From NCBI GenBank assembly GCA_965222225.1, contig CBDCTK010000002.1, positions 5,280,001 to 5,344,000 of the forward strand: a stretch of 64,000 nucleotides of DNA, read 5' to 3'. The stretch's first letter is position 1. Each line of letters starts with the position of its first letter. The position numbers and the translations under genes were made by a program. This DNA comes from Candidatus Poribacteria bacterium. GTDB taxonomy: Bacteria > Poribacteria > WGA-4E > JAJDTR01. This document shows, one piece after another, positions 39,486-49,849 of this stretch. Under the pieces are notes generated by a model that searched no databases, was not told the origin of the DNA, and worked only from the letters and a program-made list of their open reading frames with translations.

Positions 39486-42400
39486 TCACGCTTCCGACTC
39501 CGGGGTTTCGGCTGCTGCTTCATCGTGAGGGCTGCTAGACGAAGTCGCGTCTTCGGCAACTTGTTCTTGCGCCTCCGTGTCTACCTTGGAAGTCTCTTCT
39601 TCTGGAGATGGTACAACCTCAAAGGTTATCTCGTTTTCCACATGTTTGCATTTAACGAAAACGATATCTTTCTCCTGCCGATAAAGCCAGCCGGATTCAG
39701 CCGCTTCCAAATCTTCTACGCAGGGCAGATCCTGACCGAGGGCTCTCACCGCGCTTGGAATACTACCATACCCCGTGATGATAGTGTGGCTTGTTTCATT
39801 GTGTACATAACACAGTTTGAAATCCAACTTTCCGTTGCTGCCCTTGTCGCTGGTTTCTATCTGGGCTCCGCTGCTTAAGTGGATACGCCCGTTCTCATGA
39901 CGTATGATTGACGTGGAGATGTCCGGATCCTGCCCACGCAAAGTGTATAGGTTTGCCATAATGCTACCAGGGTTGATATGCGGTGGGCGTCCCTCTGTAC
40001 AGAATTCATGAAGACTGTCTGGGTATGTTCCTCTGAATTCGCCCTCCGTCCATTGCTGGTGCATACCGCTATGCGTAATGCCTTCGGCAATACCCGTCCA
40101 ATCACATCGCTGGCTATGGCGTGCAAGATGCTGCAAATGGTACGCGAAAACAAGACCACTCCGTTGTGATGCAACCCCAAACCACGCGCGAGTATCGAAG
40201 GTTGTTCCGAATATGGGAACGGAGGCGAAACGCATGGCGGGACGATCCGGCAGATTCCAGTGATAAATGAAAGCCAGCCCGGCTTTTGCCCAATATTCTG
40301 CACATGCAATATGGCGCTTATCATCGGTTATCGTGTAGGCTTCAACATACGCGCCGACAGCATTGGCTGCGGCAAGGAGATTCGGAGTCTTCGGCGGACA
40401 ATCCGACGCTTGAGCGCCGCGCGGAATTTTAAACCGGTCCATGCCCTTTAGCGCCTTTAATCCGGCGTTCAATGAGTTCTCATTCCCCGAGATTCTGGCG
40501 TGCTTTAATAGGATGAAGGCGCAATGCGCACAAATTCCTAGAACTGTGTCGTTGTCTCCTCCGAGTTCTTTCGCGCTTTCAGTTATGGGGCGGTAACGCC
40601 AACGTCCATCATCCTCCTGCGTCTCAATTAAATTCTGGGTTGTTTCTTTAAGGCGTTCTAAGCCCGCTTCGATGTTGCCGAAGTAAAACGGTAGTTCCCA
40701 GTTTAAGCTTTGGCGCTTCACTGCAGCGATCGGCCCTCCTGCCCTCGATTCGCGAACCGTGTTTCCCGCGATGGCAAGGGCGTGTTGCTTCACATCATCG
40801 TTTCGCGTTGCAAGATAGTCGTACCATAGCAGCGTTGCAATCCCTGGGAGGTTCGCTGCCGCCGAATCAACAGTTTGCTGAGGTTCACCGGTATTTTCAT
40901 TCCTCGCCTCCCGCATAATCCCGTCTCGTGAGAGCGCAAGCTGCTCCTCGTGATTCCGCAGAGATTCAAGTGGTTCAGGCGCGCCGTACGTATCGGTCCA
41001 ATGCGAGACAGCATCGGAAATAGAGGCGTTGCCGTCAATAATAATGTGTGCACTAATCGTAAGTTGTCGGTTTGCCTCCAACGTGTACGGCGTAGATGCC
41101 TCTAAGCAATTTTCCTCAACCCAGTCACCCGGTGCCGGAAGAAACAACCCCATCAGATGATTCTGATGCTTTTCATGCCAATTCGGCGAGGCAAAAACAG
41201 CGGATAGCATCGTGTGTTCGCCATCCCAAGTTTCCAATGGGTCCCATGCCAAACCAACCAGCGTTTTCTTGTACTCAACCGCCATCAGAGGAACGGTAAT
41301 CTTATAGGGATGTGGAACGAGACGGTTATTATATGGCGGTGCCGCATCTCGCGTATTTGAGGAAGGTTCATCTGTTCCTAAGAACTCCAGTCCGGGAAAA
41401 AGGGCTGCACTTTTGCCCTCCCCGTAACTACGATCGCCTGCGTGAAGCATCGGGCCATTAAAAGCGAGAATCTCCCGCCGAGCGCTGGTTGAAAGGCAGT
41501 ATTCCGTGCGCACGCGTTTGTCATCCTCGGTCAACGAAAAACGGGCCTCAAAACACCAATTCACACCGTCGGCATCCTGTTGTTCGCCAGCGAGGATAAC
41601 AGTTGACTCCCCAAAGCTATTTCCCGCGAGACGATAGATTGTGGGTATAATACGGAGTTGTTCGGTTTCGTTCTTTGAATTTCGATACCGAATCGTTGTC
41701 ATCGCATGACTTGTGGCAACTTGACGATAGCTCCCGTGTTTGGCGGCAAAAAGCGTGAAATACTCAAACCCGCGTGTACCTTGAACGAAAAGAAGTCGCA
41801 CGTGCTTGTTCCCAATCACTACATGTTCTTGGAGGTTGTATGTGTGTAATTCCGGAACTATCTGAGAAGGGACCTTCGGTGACGCCGGCTGAATTTCAAT
41901 AAAGGTTTCAAGCGTTTGCCGTACCTCGCCCATTGGCGTTTTGTACTTCAGCAAGATGGAAATCTGAGTTGCGGACTCGCGTGAAAATCTGCGGAGATTC
42001 CATACTAATTTGGTTTCGTCGCCGGCATCTAGCGTCTTAATCGGATAGACATGCCGCCCGCGGCGTAGCTTCACCTGGTTAATTGCCACACTCGTTTGAT
42101 TTGCGGGGGAGAGAGCAACCGTTCCCGTGTTACGGAGTGTGCACTGCACCTCAAAATCTTCACTCACGGTAACAATTGCCGTGTTGAGTCCTAAACTTGA
42201 TACCTCTAATTTGGGCAATTCTGTATACAGTGCCACACTGAACTCTTGGGAAGAGAGTTCGGTTGAAAACCCTCTCCTTTGAGTCTCGACAACCATGCGT
42301 TGACCGATTTCGTCGGCAATCTTGGATACAGGTGTTGGTGATTCGTAAGCAAACTCCATGGCGGATATTTTGCCGTTTGGTCCATCGGTTGATTCGTGGA

Positions 42401-43808
42401 CATGAATGCCATCCTCTCCAATCTGCTTCATATCATTGAAACTTCCGATGATGATTCCCTTTATGGCAGTTGGCTCTGTCTTGCTCTTTTCAACGGCGGA
42501 CGATGTACGGGTAAGCTTGAGGATCCGCGGATTGCCCCACAGTGCCGAATTGTTCCCGTCATCTCGACTTTCATCACACGCGGCTAGGAAGGTAACCTGA
42601 ATCTCTCTGCCGGCATGTTTCGAGACATCCATTGCGTGTTCGTTCCATTTGGGTTCGGTGGCAATTCCCTCAAAATGCCGCTCACCCGAGATTTCAATCG
42701 CGAATCGAACACCGCGTGATTTTGTCGATGGGTCGTCAGAATCAATTCCGTCCCGTAGTCCGGTACTAAAATGCAAAATTAGCGTATCTCCGGACTCTAC
42801 TTGAGGCAACGAAAGCTGATATTCGATTCGCGCAACATCCTCCTCTCGCGGCTGCTGAACTATTGCGGGCTTTGCCACGCCGCCTGCGCTATGTTGGCTA
42901 TGCGCTAAAGCCTGATCAGCGCCTTGGGCTGGACTGCTACTAGAAGCATCCGCAAAGTTGTAGATTTCGTCAATGATGCCGAATCCAAGCGGAGTTTCAA
43001 TACTGTCGGAAAAGGTCTTCTGTTCCATAGCTACGGGCTCCGACTGATCGGTTGCTGTCACCCCTGTTTCCACAGGCGATTCCGCCGCCATTGGAATGTT
43101 CGTTTCTGAAGTTTGGCTATCTATCTCTGGAACCTGGTCCGGTTGCGCGTCGGTGACATGTGAAGATGCCGCCTCATCGGCCTCAAATGACTCCGGTGCA
43201 ACGGGATTGGTCGTTTCTGACGCTTGACTGGGTATTTCGGGGGCGTCACTATCTGTTGCTACATCAGCCGGCGGCGTCTCATCGTGGTCCACCACTGCTT
43301 CATCGGTGTTTGTTGCAATATCGTCCGGAGCGTCGGCTGCCTCGTTTGCCAACTCACCGGTGATATCCGTCTCGAATTCGCTTGAAGGTAGAACGTCTTC
43401 GGCCGCCGCGTCAAGACTGTCATCTGATACATCGCGCGTCTCTAATTCAACTGAGGCTATATCTGTTGCGAAGATGCCTGCCTGTCCAACCTCAGCCGTT
43501 GCGTCTGATGCTTCTAGTTCTGTCTCGCTAGTTTCGTCGGCTACAATAGGCAATGGATTAGCGACATCAAAACGTTCCGACTGTTCATTTGCTACCTCCA
43601 AAAATCCCTCCGGTGCTTCAGCAGTCTCATTACCTAAATCTACTCTACCGTAATCGCCTGAAGTAGGATTGATTTCTTCCGCGTTTTCTGATTGGACCTG
43701 CGGTTGTTCCAATTGATTATCTTGTGCCGGTTCGTTAGTTGTGTTGTGTTGATCGTCCTCTGTTGGCTGCGTAACTAGCGATAACAACAGTTGAAAAACA
43801 GTAAGCAT
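39486..43808 (-). CDS. Large hypothetical protein: acidic disordered N-terminus, CBM/CARDB-like domains, putative (alpha/alpha)-barrel C-terminus
   Basis: 1440-aa ORF; E/D/T/A-rich first ~270 aa; ALWGNPRI; LRNTGT; TQEDDGRW; GTYPDS. Confidence 0.75.
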   Translation of the reverse strand: MLTVFQLLLSLVTQPTEDDQHNTTNEPAQDNQLEQPQVQSENAEEINPTSGDYGRVDLGNETAEAPEGFLEVANEQSERFDVANPLPIVADETSETELEASDATAEVGQAGIFATDIASVELETRDVSDDSLDAAAEDVLPSSEFETDITGELANEAADAPDDIATNTDEAVVDHDETPPADVATDSDAPEIPSQASETTNPVAPESFEADEAASSHVTDAQPDQVPEIDSQTSETNIPMAAESPVETGVTATDQSEPVAMEQKTFSDSIETPLGFGIIDEIYNFADASSSSPAQGADQALAHSQHSAGGVAKPAIVQQPREEDVARIEYQLSLPQVESGDTLILHFSTGLRDGIDSDDPSTKSRGVRFAIEISGERHFEGIATEPKWNEHAMDVSKHAGREIQVTFLAACDESRDDGNNSALWGNPRILKLTRTSSAVEKSKTEPTAIKGIIIGSFNDMKQIGEDGIHVHESTDGPNGKISAMEFAYESPTPVSKIADEIGQRMVVETQRRGFSTELSSQEFSVALYTELPKLEVSSLGLNTAIVTVSEDFEVQCTLRNTGTVALSPANQTSVAINQVKLRRGRHVYPIKTLDAGDETKLVWNLRRFSRESATQISILLKYKTPMGEVRQTLETFIEIQPASPKVPSQIVPELHTYNLQEHVVIGNKHVRLLFVQGTRGFEYFTLFAAKHGSYRQVATSHAMTTIRYRNSKNETEQLRIIPTIYRLAGNSFGESTVILAGEQQDADGVNWCFEARFSLTEDDKRVRTEYCLSTSARREILAFNGPMLHAGDRSYGEGKSAALFPGLEFLGTDEPSSNTRDAAPPYNNRLVPHPYKITVPLMAVEYKKTLVGLAWDPLETWDGEHTMLSAVFASPNWHEKHQNHLMGLFLPAPGDWVEENCLEASTPYTLEANRQLTISAHIIIDGNASISDAVSHWTDTYGAPEPLESLRNHEEQLALSRDGIMREARNENTGEPQQTVDSAAANLPGIATLLWYDYLATRNDDVKQHALAIAGNTVRESRAGGPIAAVKRQSLNWELPFYFGNIEAGLERLKETTQNLIETQEDDGRWRYRPITESAKELGGDNDTVLGICAHCAFILLKHARISGNENSLNAGLKALKGMDRFKIPRGAQASDCPPKTPNLLAAANAVGAYVEAYTITDDKRHIACAEYWAKAGLAFIYHWNLPDRPAMRFASVPIFGTTFDTRAWFGVASQRSGLVFAYHLQHLARHSQRCDWTGIAEGITHSGMHQQWTEGEFRGTYPDSLHEFCTEGRPPHINPGSIMANLYTLRGQDPDISTSIIRHENGRIHLSSGAQIETSDKGSNGKLDFKLCYVHNETSHTIITGYGSIPSAVRALGQDLPCVEDLEAAESGWLYRQEKDIVFVKCKHVENEITFEVVPSPEEETSKVDTEAQEQVAEDATSSSSPHDEAAAETPESEA

Positions 43809-44044
43809 TCAAATTCTCCATTACTCACAGCCTAATCGGCATGTTACTTGACAAAGTACCTTCTCGTCCCCTGTAGCCCGATCTGGTGCAGATTGGCGTG
43901 GAGCATTATGGCTGCAATTAAGAATATCGTCAGGCATTATTATATCATAGATTGTACGGAGATTAAAAGGAAAGAAATCGAAATCTCTAGCCTTTGACCT
44001 GAAGTGGAATGCAAAAGATACATTGCTAGAAGGGTTATTGACAT

Positions 44045-44083
44045 AAAAAAGCCCCAAGACTATTCGTGTCATTGCCTTGGGGC
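44045..44083 (-). terminator. Rho-independent terminator of moeB
   Basis: GCCCCAAG...CTTGGGGC stem followed by a T6 run on the minus strand. Confidence 0.65.
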
Positions 44084-44118
44084 ATTTGTGATATCGCCGT
44101 TCCGTACTAAAGAAAATT

Positions 44119-44925
44119 CTACCAATGCACCTGGCAAAACTCCTCGTAGTCAATCAGCTCATGGATTGTTGGGTTTTCACCACAGACCGGACACTGAGAA
44201 TCTGCGCGCAGTTTCATTTTCTTGAAGTCCATTCCCAACGCGCTGAACAACAGCAGATGACCAATAAGTGGTTCCCCAATATCAAGTATAACCTTGATAG
44301 TTTCGATGGCTTGCGCAGTTCCCACAATTCCCGGCAAAGCGCCGAACACCCCTGTCTCCTGGCAACTCGGCGCCATCCCCGGAGGTGGCGGTGACGGATA
44401 GAGGCAGCGATAACACGGCCCCTTGCCCGGGTAGAAAATAGTGACCTGACCCTCAAATTGGAAAATACTGCCGTGGACATTCGGTTTGCCCAGCATCACA
44501 CAAGAATCGTTGATCAGATAGCGGGTTGGAAAGTTGTCACATCCGTCAACCACCACATCATATTGACCGATAATACCAAGCGCGTTCTTCGATGAGAGAC
44601 GCTCCCTGTGTTCAACCACGTTCACATCCGGATTCATCTCGACTATGGTTTCCTTGGCAGACTCGGTCTTCGGCCGACCAATGTCACTCATTCCATGGAG
44701 AATTTGACGTTGGAGGTTGCTTAAGTCGACAACATCGTGGTCCATGATGCCCAACGTTCCGATGCCGGCAGCCGCCAGATAAAGCCCCGCGGGTGAGCCA
44801 AGCCCGCCCGCGCCGATGAGAAGCACCCTCGACTCAAGCAACTTGGTTTGTCCCATCCCGCCGACTTCTTTGAGAATGATGTGCCGGCTATAGCGTTCAA
44901 TCTGTTCGTTATTGAAATTATACAT
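44119..44925 (-). CDS. moeB: MoeB/ThiF family sulfur-carrier adenylyltransferase
   Basis: RYSRH, GAGGLG, SNLQRQ, DNFPTRY, CYRC, CPVC. Confidence 0.9.
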   Translation of the reverse strand: MYNFNNEQIERYSRHIILKEVGGMGQTKLLESRVLLIGAGGLGSPAGLYLAAAGIGTLGIMDHDVVDLSNLQRQILHGMSDIGRPKTESAKETIVEMNPDVNVVEHRERLSSKNALGIIGQYDVVVDGCDNFPTRYLINDSCVMLGKPNVHGSIFQFEGQVTIFYPGKGPCYRCLYPSPPPPGMAPSCQETGVFGALPGIVGTAQAIETIKVILDIGEPLIGHLLLFSALGMDFKKMKLRADSQCPVCGENPTIHELIDYEEFCQVHW

Positions 44926-44956
44926 CTGACGCTCTCCCCGTTCGATTGAATTGACT

Positions 44957-45538
44957 CTAATGATTTTCCAAGTTTGTCAGCAACTCCGAAATCTCACTGT
45001 TTGAACTCGCGGAAATGTGAATTGCAAATCGTTTACGCACATCTTCAGATGGGCAATCAAGCGTAAAATTGGCATCTCCGTACATCTGTTCAAGTACAGG
45101 AGCCAATTCTAACTTGATTGCTTCAAACATCTCTGGCGTGTTGGGGGCGATATGCCGGCTGTTAATCATGAACAGGATTTCTCCGCTGGTAAAACGTACT
45201 TCGTTCTCCAGTTCTTCGGCGTTCTCCAATCGTTGACACCTGGTAAGCGTTTCGACGAACGCTCGGCGAATCTTCTCGCGATTCTCACCTTCAATCTTGT
45301 GCTTCCGGTTGTAGAGAAAGCCGTGCCGATTCATCGCGTTATCAATGCTATAGTTGGCACTTTTAGAAATCAGCAACACGCCGGGACCGGAAGAAGTGTG
45401 AGAATAGTCGGCGTAGTTCAGGTAGTCACCCTGATCCGCTTCCTCCATCCATCGGTTGAAGACCTTAATGAAATTCTGATAATTGATATGACTGTCCGCC
45501 GTGGCGAAAACCTTGATGTTGATCTGTTGTAAGTCCAT
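44957..45538 (-). CDS. Hypothetical protein (ADYSH..GPGVLL motif)
   Basis: ORF directly upstream of and codirectional with moeB; start placed at MDLQQINIK. Confidence 0.7.
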   Translation of the reverse strand: MDLQQINIKVFATADSHINYQNFIKVFNRWMEEADQGDYLNYADYSHTSSGPGVLLISKSANYSIDNAMNRHGFLYNRKHKIEGENREKIRRAFVETLTRCQRLENAEELENEVRFTSGEILFMINSRHIAPNTPEMFEAIKLELAPVLEQMYGDANFTLDCPSEDVRKRFAIHISASSNSEISELLTNLENH

Positions 45539-45776
45539 ACGAATTATAACCGTAAATTCCCTTTTCTGTAAATAATTCTGACCCGCGTTTGGCATGTGAT
45601 GAGACAAACAAACCCACCGAGTCAAGATTGCGGTCAAAGATATGGCCAGTGAAGCCAAGTAGTGCTTGCTTTCATCCTCGTGACCAATTGACAGCCTCTG
45701 GCACTTTCTGGATCGTCCTTCCCCACAATTCCGTTCGCCGATAAACCGAAGGTTCTTAAATTGCAAAGTTGGCGGG

Positions 45777-46013
45777 TTAGACAGTGCTCAACAATTCATC
45801 GACATTCCTGCCGATAGTCGAGGGAGGGAGCGCTTTGTTTTCGTGATGAGCTATTGCCAGCCACTCATCAACAATTTCGCATAGCTCCCGATAAACTTCC
45901 ACTTCATCATTGCCGTGACAATACGGCCCGATAATCCCAGGACAGCATCCGATAAAACACTGGTCTTCTTCAGACCATTCAACAATCTTGATGTACCTCG
46001 CGCTGCTAGTCAT
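45777..46013 (-). CDS. HicB-like antitoxin
   Basis: YIKIVEWSEEDQCFIG..PG.....HG...EV. Confidence 0.75.
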   Translation of the reverse strand: MTSSARYIKIVEWSEEDQCFIGCCPGIIGPYCHGNDEVEVYRELCEIVDEWLAIAHHENKALPPSTIGRNVDELLSTV

Positions 46014-46111
46014 CTTGATGTCTTTTGAAGGCCCCAAATGTAGATGTCCGGGTTTGTCGAAAGGCACAACTCCGTTGCCACCCTGATATAATTCAGACTC
46101 AGAGTGCCGCG

Positions 46112-46366
46112 TCACCTGTTCTTGTCTTCGCTAAAGCCGTCTATTATCCAGTATATAATCTTCGCTATCGCTCTTGGAATAAGAAAGAAGACGATGCTGC
46201 TTGTTACTCCAATGAGAATGCAGAATACAGTCTCCATATCTGACAAATCACCTAGGTTGCCGATTAACGCACCAGACATCCAGAAAACCGGAAACACGGC
46301 TAAGGCGACTGAGCAAGTTAACACGATTCTTCTAACACCGTCAGATCGAGGTTGCTTGGTATTCAT
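46112..46366 (-). CDS. Small membrane protein
   Basis: Two TM segments; AGGAGG RBS; resembles the N-terminus of the upstream ORF. Confidence 0.6.
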   Translation of the reverse strand: MNTKQPRSDGVRRIVLTCSVALAVFPVFWMSGALIGNLGDLSDMETVFCILIGVTSSIVFFLIPRAIAKIIYWIIDGFSEDKNR

Positions 46367-46505
46367 AGTAAACCTCCTAAGCGTCAGCAAAAAACTGCCT
46401 CTTGCGAGAGCAAGAGAGAACAGATCTGGAGTGCCCAAAAAGTCCATGTTGGGTTAAGACAAGGTGACACAAATATTGACCTTCTCCCAATCTCAAGTTT
46501 TCAGT

Positions 46506-47348
46506 TCAATCTTTTACAGGGGTTTCAACTTTCAGCTTGACGCCAAGTTCGGATGCAATCGTCTCAAGAAGTCGTTTCTTTTCCGCTGTGGTAGTGTTAT
46601 GGATCATTATGTAATACCGACCAGACTTGCGTTGCTTCTCGTGCGACTGAGAAGTTGATATGAGAGAAAAACGCCCCACATTATTTCCAAGGTTCCTCAC
46701 TCGCTCGATCCCCAGCTTCTCTATTGTTTCAACGAAGGTATCTGATGCGGCTCGACGGTCAATCCGTTCTCCATCTTCCATAGTGACGACAAGGCGAGTC
46801 GGTAGTTTTCTACCCGTAGACGTTGCTGTCGGCTCGCTCACTGGCTGGCTTGTCGGAGCGGACGCTTCCTTCGGTTGATTCGGTTGAAACTCAGATCTCT
46901 GCAAGCTTTTCAGGAATTCCAATACTTGTGCCCGAGTTGGTTTGTGACCCTGCAAACTCTTTGCCTTCTCCGCTACTAGGTTGAGCAGTAGGTCATCCGC
47001 ATCCTGCACCAATTTACTCCATGCCTCTGGTAATCCTGTTTCAATCTGGCTCTGACTGGGCACGGATTGAAAATCGTCTTTGGCTACCCGCATTGCCTGC
47101 ATTTCTCGAATCGCTTCACTCGTCGGCGAACCGCCTTTCATCCAAAATACAACTTTGGCTAAAACTCTCGGCATAAGATAAGGAATAACCGCGAGGACGA
47201 CGACACAACCTACCGAGAAGGCGTCAAGTGCCTCGGGTCTTTTACTCAAGTTCCACCCGGCGATGGCTAACCAACAGAGGACTAGCAACACTGAGCAGGT
47301 AGAAACAAACCGACTAACACCTTGAGATTGACGTTGGCTGGTTCTCAA
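46506..47348 (-). CDS. Hypothetical membrane-anchored protein; C-terminal part resembles tails of type I restriction-associated proteins
   Basis: Two N-terminal TM segments, then DDLLLNLVAEKA and LVVTMEDGERI...TFVETIEKLG. Confidence 0.6.
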   Translation of the reverse strand: MRTSQRQSQGVSRFVSTCSVLLVLCWLAIAGWNLSKRPEALDAFSVGCVVVLAVIPYLMPRVLAKVVFWMKGGSPTSEAIREMQAMRVAKDDFQSVPSQSQIETGLPEAWSKLVQDADDLLLNLVAEKAKSLQGHKPTRAQVLEFLKSLQRSEFQPNQPKEASAPTSQPVSEPTATSTGRKLPTRLVVTMEDGERIDRRAASDTFVETIEKLGIERVRNLGNNVGRFSLISTSQSHEKQRKSGRYYIMIHNTTTAEKKRLLETIASELGVKLKVETPVKD

Positions 47349-47477
47349 TGTGACATCTCCTGATCATGAGAAATTCTGCCATGAAAGACAGCGCCGAAAT
47401 GAGCTGGATATATGAATTGTCACAAACGATTAATCAGACCTCGCTCAATCAATACGTACTCCCGCACAGTCTCGGGA

Positions 47478-47717
47478 TCAGTCACTCTCTTTTTCTGTCG
47501 TTGGCAACGAAGTGATAATAGCCCGCAGCACATGATTGACGGCTTCGGTGGTTTTGAATACAGCGGCGACATCCGCATCAAGGCAGACCATCAACTGGTC
47601 TTGTCTAAGCTTACCCGCGAAGCGGTTAGGTTTTGCTTTATTATAGTCGAACGAATACTCATCCTGCATCTCATCTGAGGTGCTATTGACCCGATTAACC
47701 GATTTGATGTTCTTCAT
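47478..47717 (-). CDS. BrnA-like antitoxin
   Basis: DEMQDEYSFDYNKAKPNRFA, LDADVAAVF, VNHVLR. Confidence 0.8.
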   Translation of the reverse strand: MKNIKSVNRVNSTSDEMQDEYSFDYNKAKPNRFAGKLRQDQLMVCLDADVAAVFKTTEAVNHVLRAIITSLPTTEKESD

Positions 47718-47982
47718 AATCTTGACGTTCTCTCCTTGTTGCTTTTCGTGCACTAATAATTCGGATAACATTATCACGCTCGGTGAAGCATACCAAGAGT
47801 AAACGGTTCATGTCAGAGTGACCAATAATAATTTCCCTAGATTCCTCATCCGAGTGCTTTGCATCACCAAAAATCGCGGCAATTGGGCCACAGAATACGG
47901 TGGCAGCTTCTTCAAAACTCACACCGTGCTTTGCTGTGTTACCATTAGCTTTATCAACATTCCATTCAAAGCACCAAGTCAT
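47695..47982 (-). CDS. BrnT family toxin
   Basis: FEWNVDK...KHGVSFEEA, RIISARKAT. Confidence 0.92.
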   Translation of the reverse strand: MTWCFEWNVDKANGNTAKHGVSFEEAATVFCGPIAAIFGDAKHSDEESREIIIGHSDMNRLLLVCFTERDNVIRIISARKATRRERQDYEEHQIG

Positions 47983-48172
47983 AAGATTAGTATCTAGTCG
48001 TCAATTAGTCGGAACTGATTTCTCAATCAATAAATACTCGCAATCCACTGATGATGTTACATGGAGGCTAACGTTCGACTCAACCGGAACCTATATTCAA
48101 GGTTGAAAACGTAATCTTGAGCCCATGTTGCTCTTGGGATTTACGCCTTCGTGATAGTTAGACATCCAGAAA

Positions 48173-49381
48173 TCAATCAGTTGGAAATTCTTCGATTTTA
48201 TCAATGGTGTAACTTGAGGGCGGAGACCAGATTCGACGTGCATCCTCAAGGTCTGTTTCTGTATAGTTTTCTTTAATCTCGTCTGCTCCAATTACGATTG
48301 CGCTCGACAATCCCAGTAAGCGCGACGGAAAAGTAATTGACACTTGGAATCCGAAGCCGTAAACTCCAAAGTCAAACAAGTTCCAATGAACTTCACTAAT
48401 CAGTTTTAGCCTGACGAACCTTTCTAAATTATCCTGTATTTGTCTTGGGCTCAACTTTGCAAAATAAAAAACCAACCAATTGCTCGTAGACGGATTACAA
48501 ATTGCGAACCGCCGGAATGGTTTGCCACGTATAAAGGACTCCTGGACCTTTTCAATTTTTTCACCCAAATAAGCTCTTTCTCTCCGCGTCATTGAACCAA
48601 GTTCCCACGCGAAATACAACCCCAAAGGGCATTCATCGTGTGGCTTCCTTTGGTCAGTGAAGACATTCTCAAGTTTATCTAGCCACTGAGAATATTGATT
48701 GTGAGCATTGCGTGCTGCAATTTGTTCAACCATGGAGACTCTGTATGTTTCCAGAAAGGATTGGGAATCAAAATCGATCGGCGAGTTTGAGAATCGATTA
48801 GATTGGCTTTTGTAATATCCTAAGGTCTCAAGTTCCTTATTAAGCGGAATGTCAGAGACCTTTAGGTATTCAAACCGATCCTTCAAGTAGTAGCAAAAAT
48901 CAGGAACGGTGTCTATCTCTTCTGTCATTTCAAATAGGGCATTGCCGGAGAAAACATGTATGGGTATTTCCTGATTGTAGATTTCCTTAGTCGTTTGTGA
49001 CGGTAGAAGGGCAATATCCCCATCATGAATCAAAACTATTATTCCAACCACCTCCGAAACGCCTTCGCAGTCAAGTTGGGTATGATAGTATGAATTGTGC
49101 AGGAATATTTGTTCCCTTGCTTTGATTCGCCCGTAATTTTTCTTGATTTGTACTAAGGCTTCTCGAATCCGTGATTCTGCCCAAGATTCAACCGGAACTT
49201 TGCTTCGATCTCGAGTTTTGACTTCAATTAGGAACACCGTCCTATTCATCCAGACGAGCACATCTGCAACTTCAGCGTTTGACTTTGTCTTGGGATTGGG
49301 AAAGGAAAAAACCTTTGAGAAATGCTTATCAAAGAATTTTGCGACAAGCTTTTCGCCAACTGTTCCGTTATTATCGTCCAT
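48173..49381 (-). CDS. NERD-like PD-(D/E)XK nuclease-domain protein, low GC
   Basis: GE...EVADVLV....FLIEVK....Q. Confidence 0.7.
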   Translation of the reverse strand: MDDNNGTVGEKLVAKFFDKHFSKVFSFPNPKTKSNAEVADVLVWMNRTVFLIEVKTRDRSKVPVESWAESRIREALVQIKKNYGRIKAREQIFLHNSYYHTQLDCEGVSEVVGIIVLIHDGDIALLPSQTTKEIYNQEIPIHVFSGNALFEMTEEIDTVPDFCYYLKDRFEYLKVSDIPLNKELETLGYYKSQSNRFSNSPIDFDSQSFLETYRVSMVEQIAARNAHNQYSQWLDKLENVFTDQRKPHDECPLGLYFAWELGSMTRRERAYLGEKIEKVQESFIRGKPFRRFAICNPSTSNWLVFYFAKLSPRQIQDNLERFVRLKLISEVHWNLFDFGVYGFGFQVSITFPSRLLGLSSAIVIGADEIKENYTETDLEDARRIWSPPSSYTIDKIEEFPTD

Positions 49382-49429
49382 AGTATGAATCTTCGAGAAA
49401 CCGGATTCTCAGGGATAAATCATTCTATT

Positions 49430-49558
49430 TTAATTTTTTCTAACAATAAACGCCGACGACTGGTTAGGATCCCTGTACCCATCTAGTTGAGTCGGAGCAA
49501 ATTTATCACGGAGACGCTTGAGGTCCCTTGCGAAACTGCTTCTGAACTCAACTTTCAA
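49430..49558 (-). pseudogene. Truncated RelE/ParE toxin
   Basis: Own translation MKVEFRSSFARDLKRLRDK, then similarity is lost; the TTG start overlaps the stop of the upstream ORF. Confidence 0.7.
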
Positions 49559-49785
49559 GATTTACTTTCTAAGATTTGGAAGACTTGATTTATGTCTACA
49601 ATCTCAGTGTTTTCCTCTTCTTTGATTGAGTTCACCAGAGCGATGTCTTCAAGAACCTCGGAAAAAACATCATACAGCAAGGCTCTTTGCTCCTGTAATA
49701 ATTCAGCGAATGCTTGTTTAATCACTTCCTTGAGTTGATTCTCGTCATCAATTACTTGTTGCATCGCACACTCATGATTTTCCAA
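49555..49785 (-). CDS. Small acidic protein, probable antitoxin
   Basis: LKEVIKQAFAELL...EVLEDIALVNSIKE; coupled to the RelE remnant. Confidence 0.7.
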   Translation of the reverse strand: MENHECAMQQVIDDENQLKEVIKQAFAELLQEQRALLYDVFSEVLEDIALVNSIKEEENTEIVDINQVFQILESKS

Positions 49786-49829
49786 AAAATAAAGCGTGAC
49801 GAACCCAGCTTCAGTCCACCACGCTTTAT
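49784..49829 (-). terminator. Rho-independent terminator
   Basis: ATAAAGCGTG...CACGCTTTAT stem followed by a T run on the minus strand. Confidence 0.6.
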
Positions 49830-49849
49830 CTTGACGACACCTGACTCTA

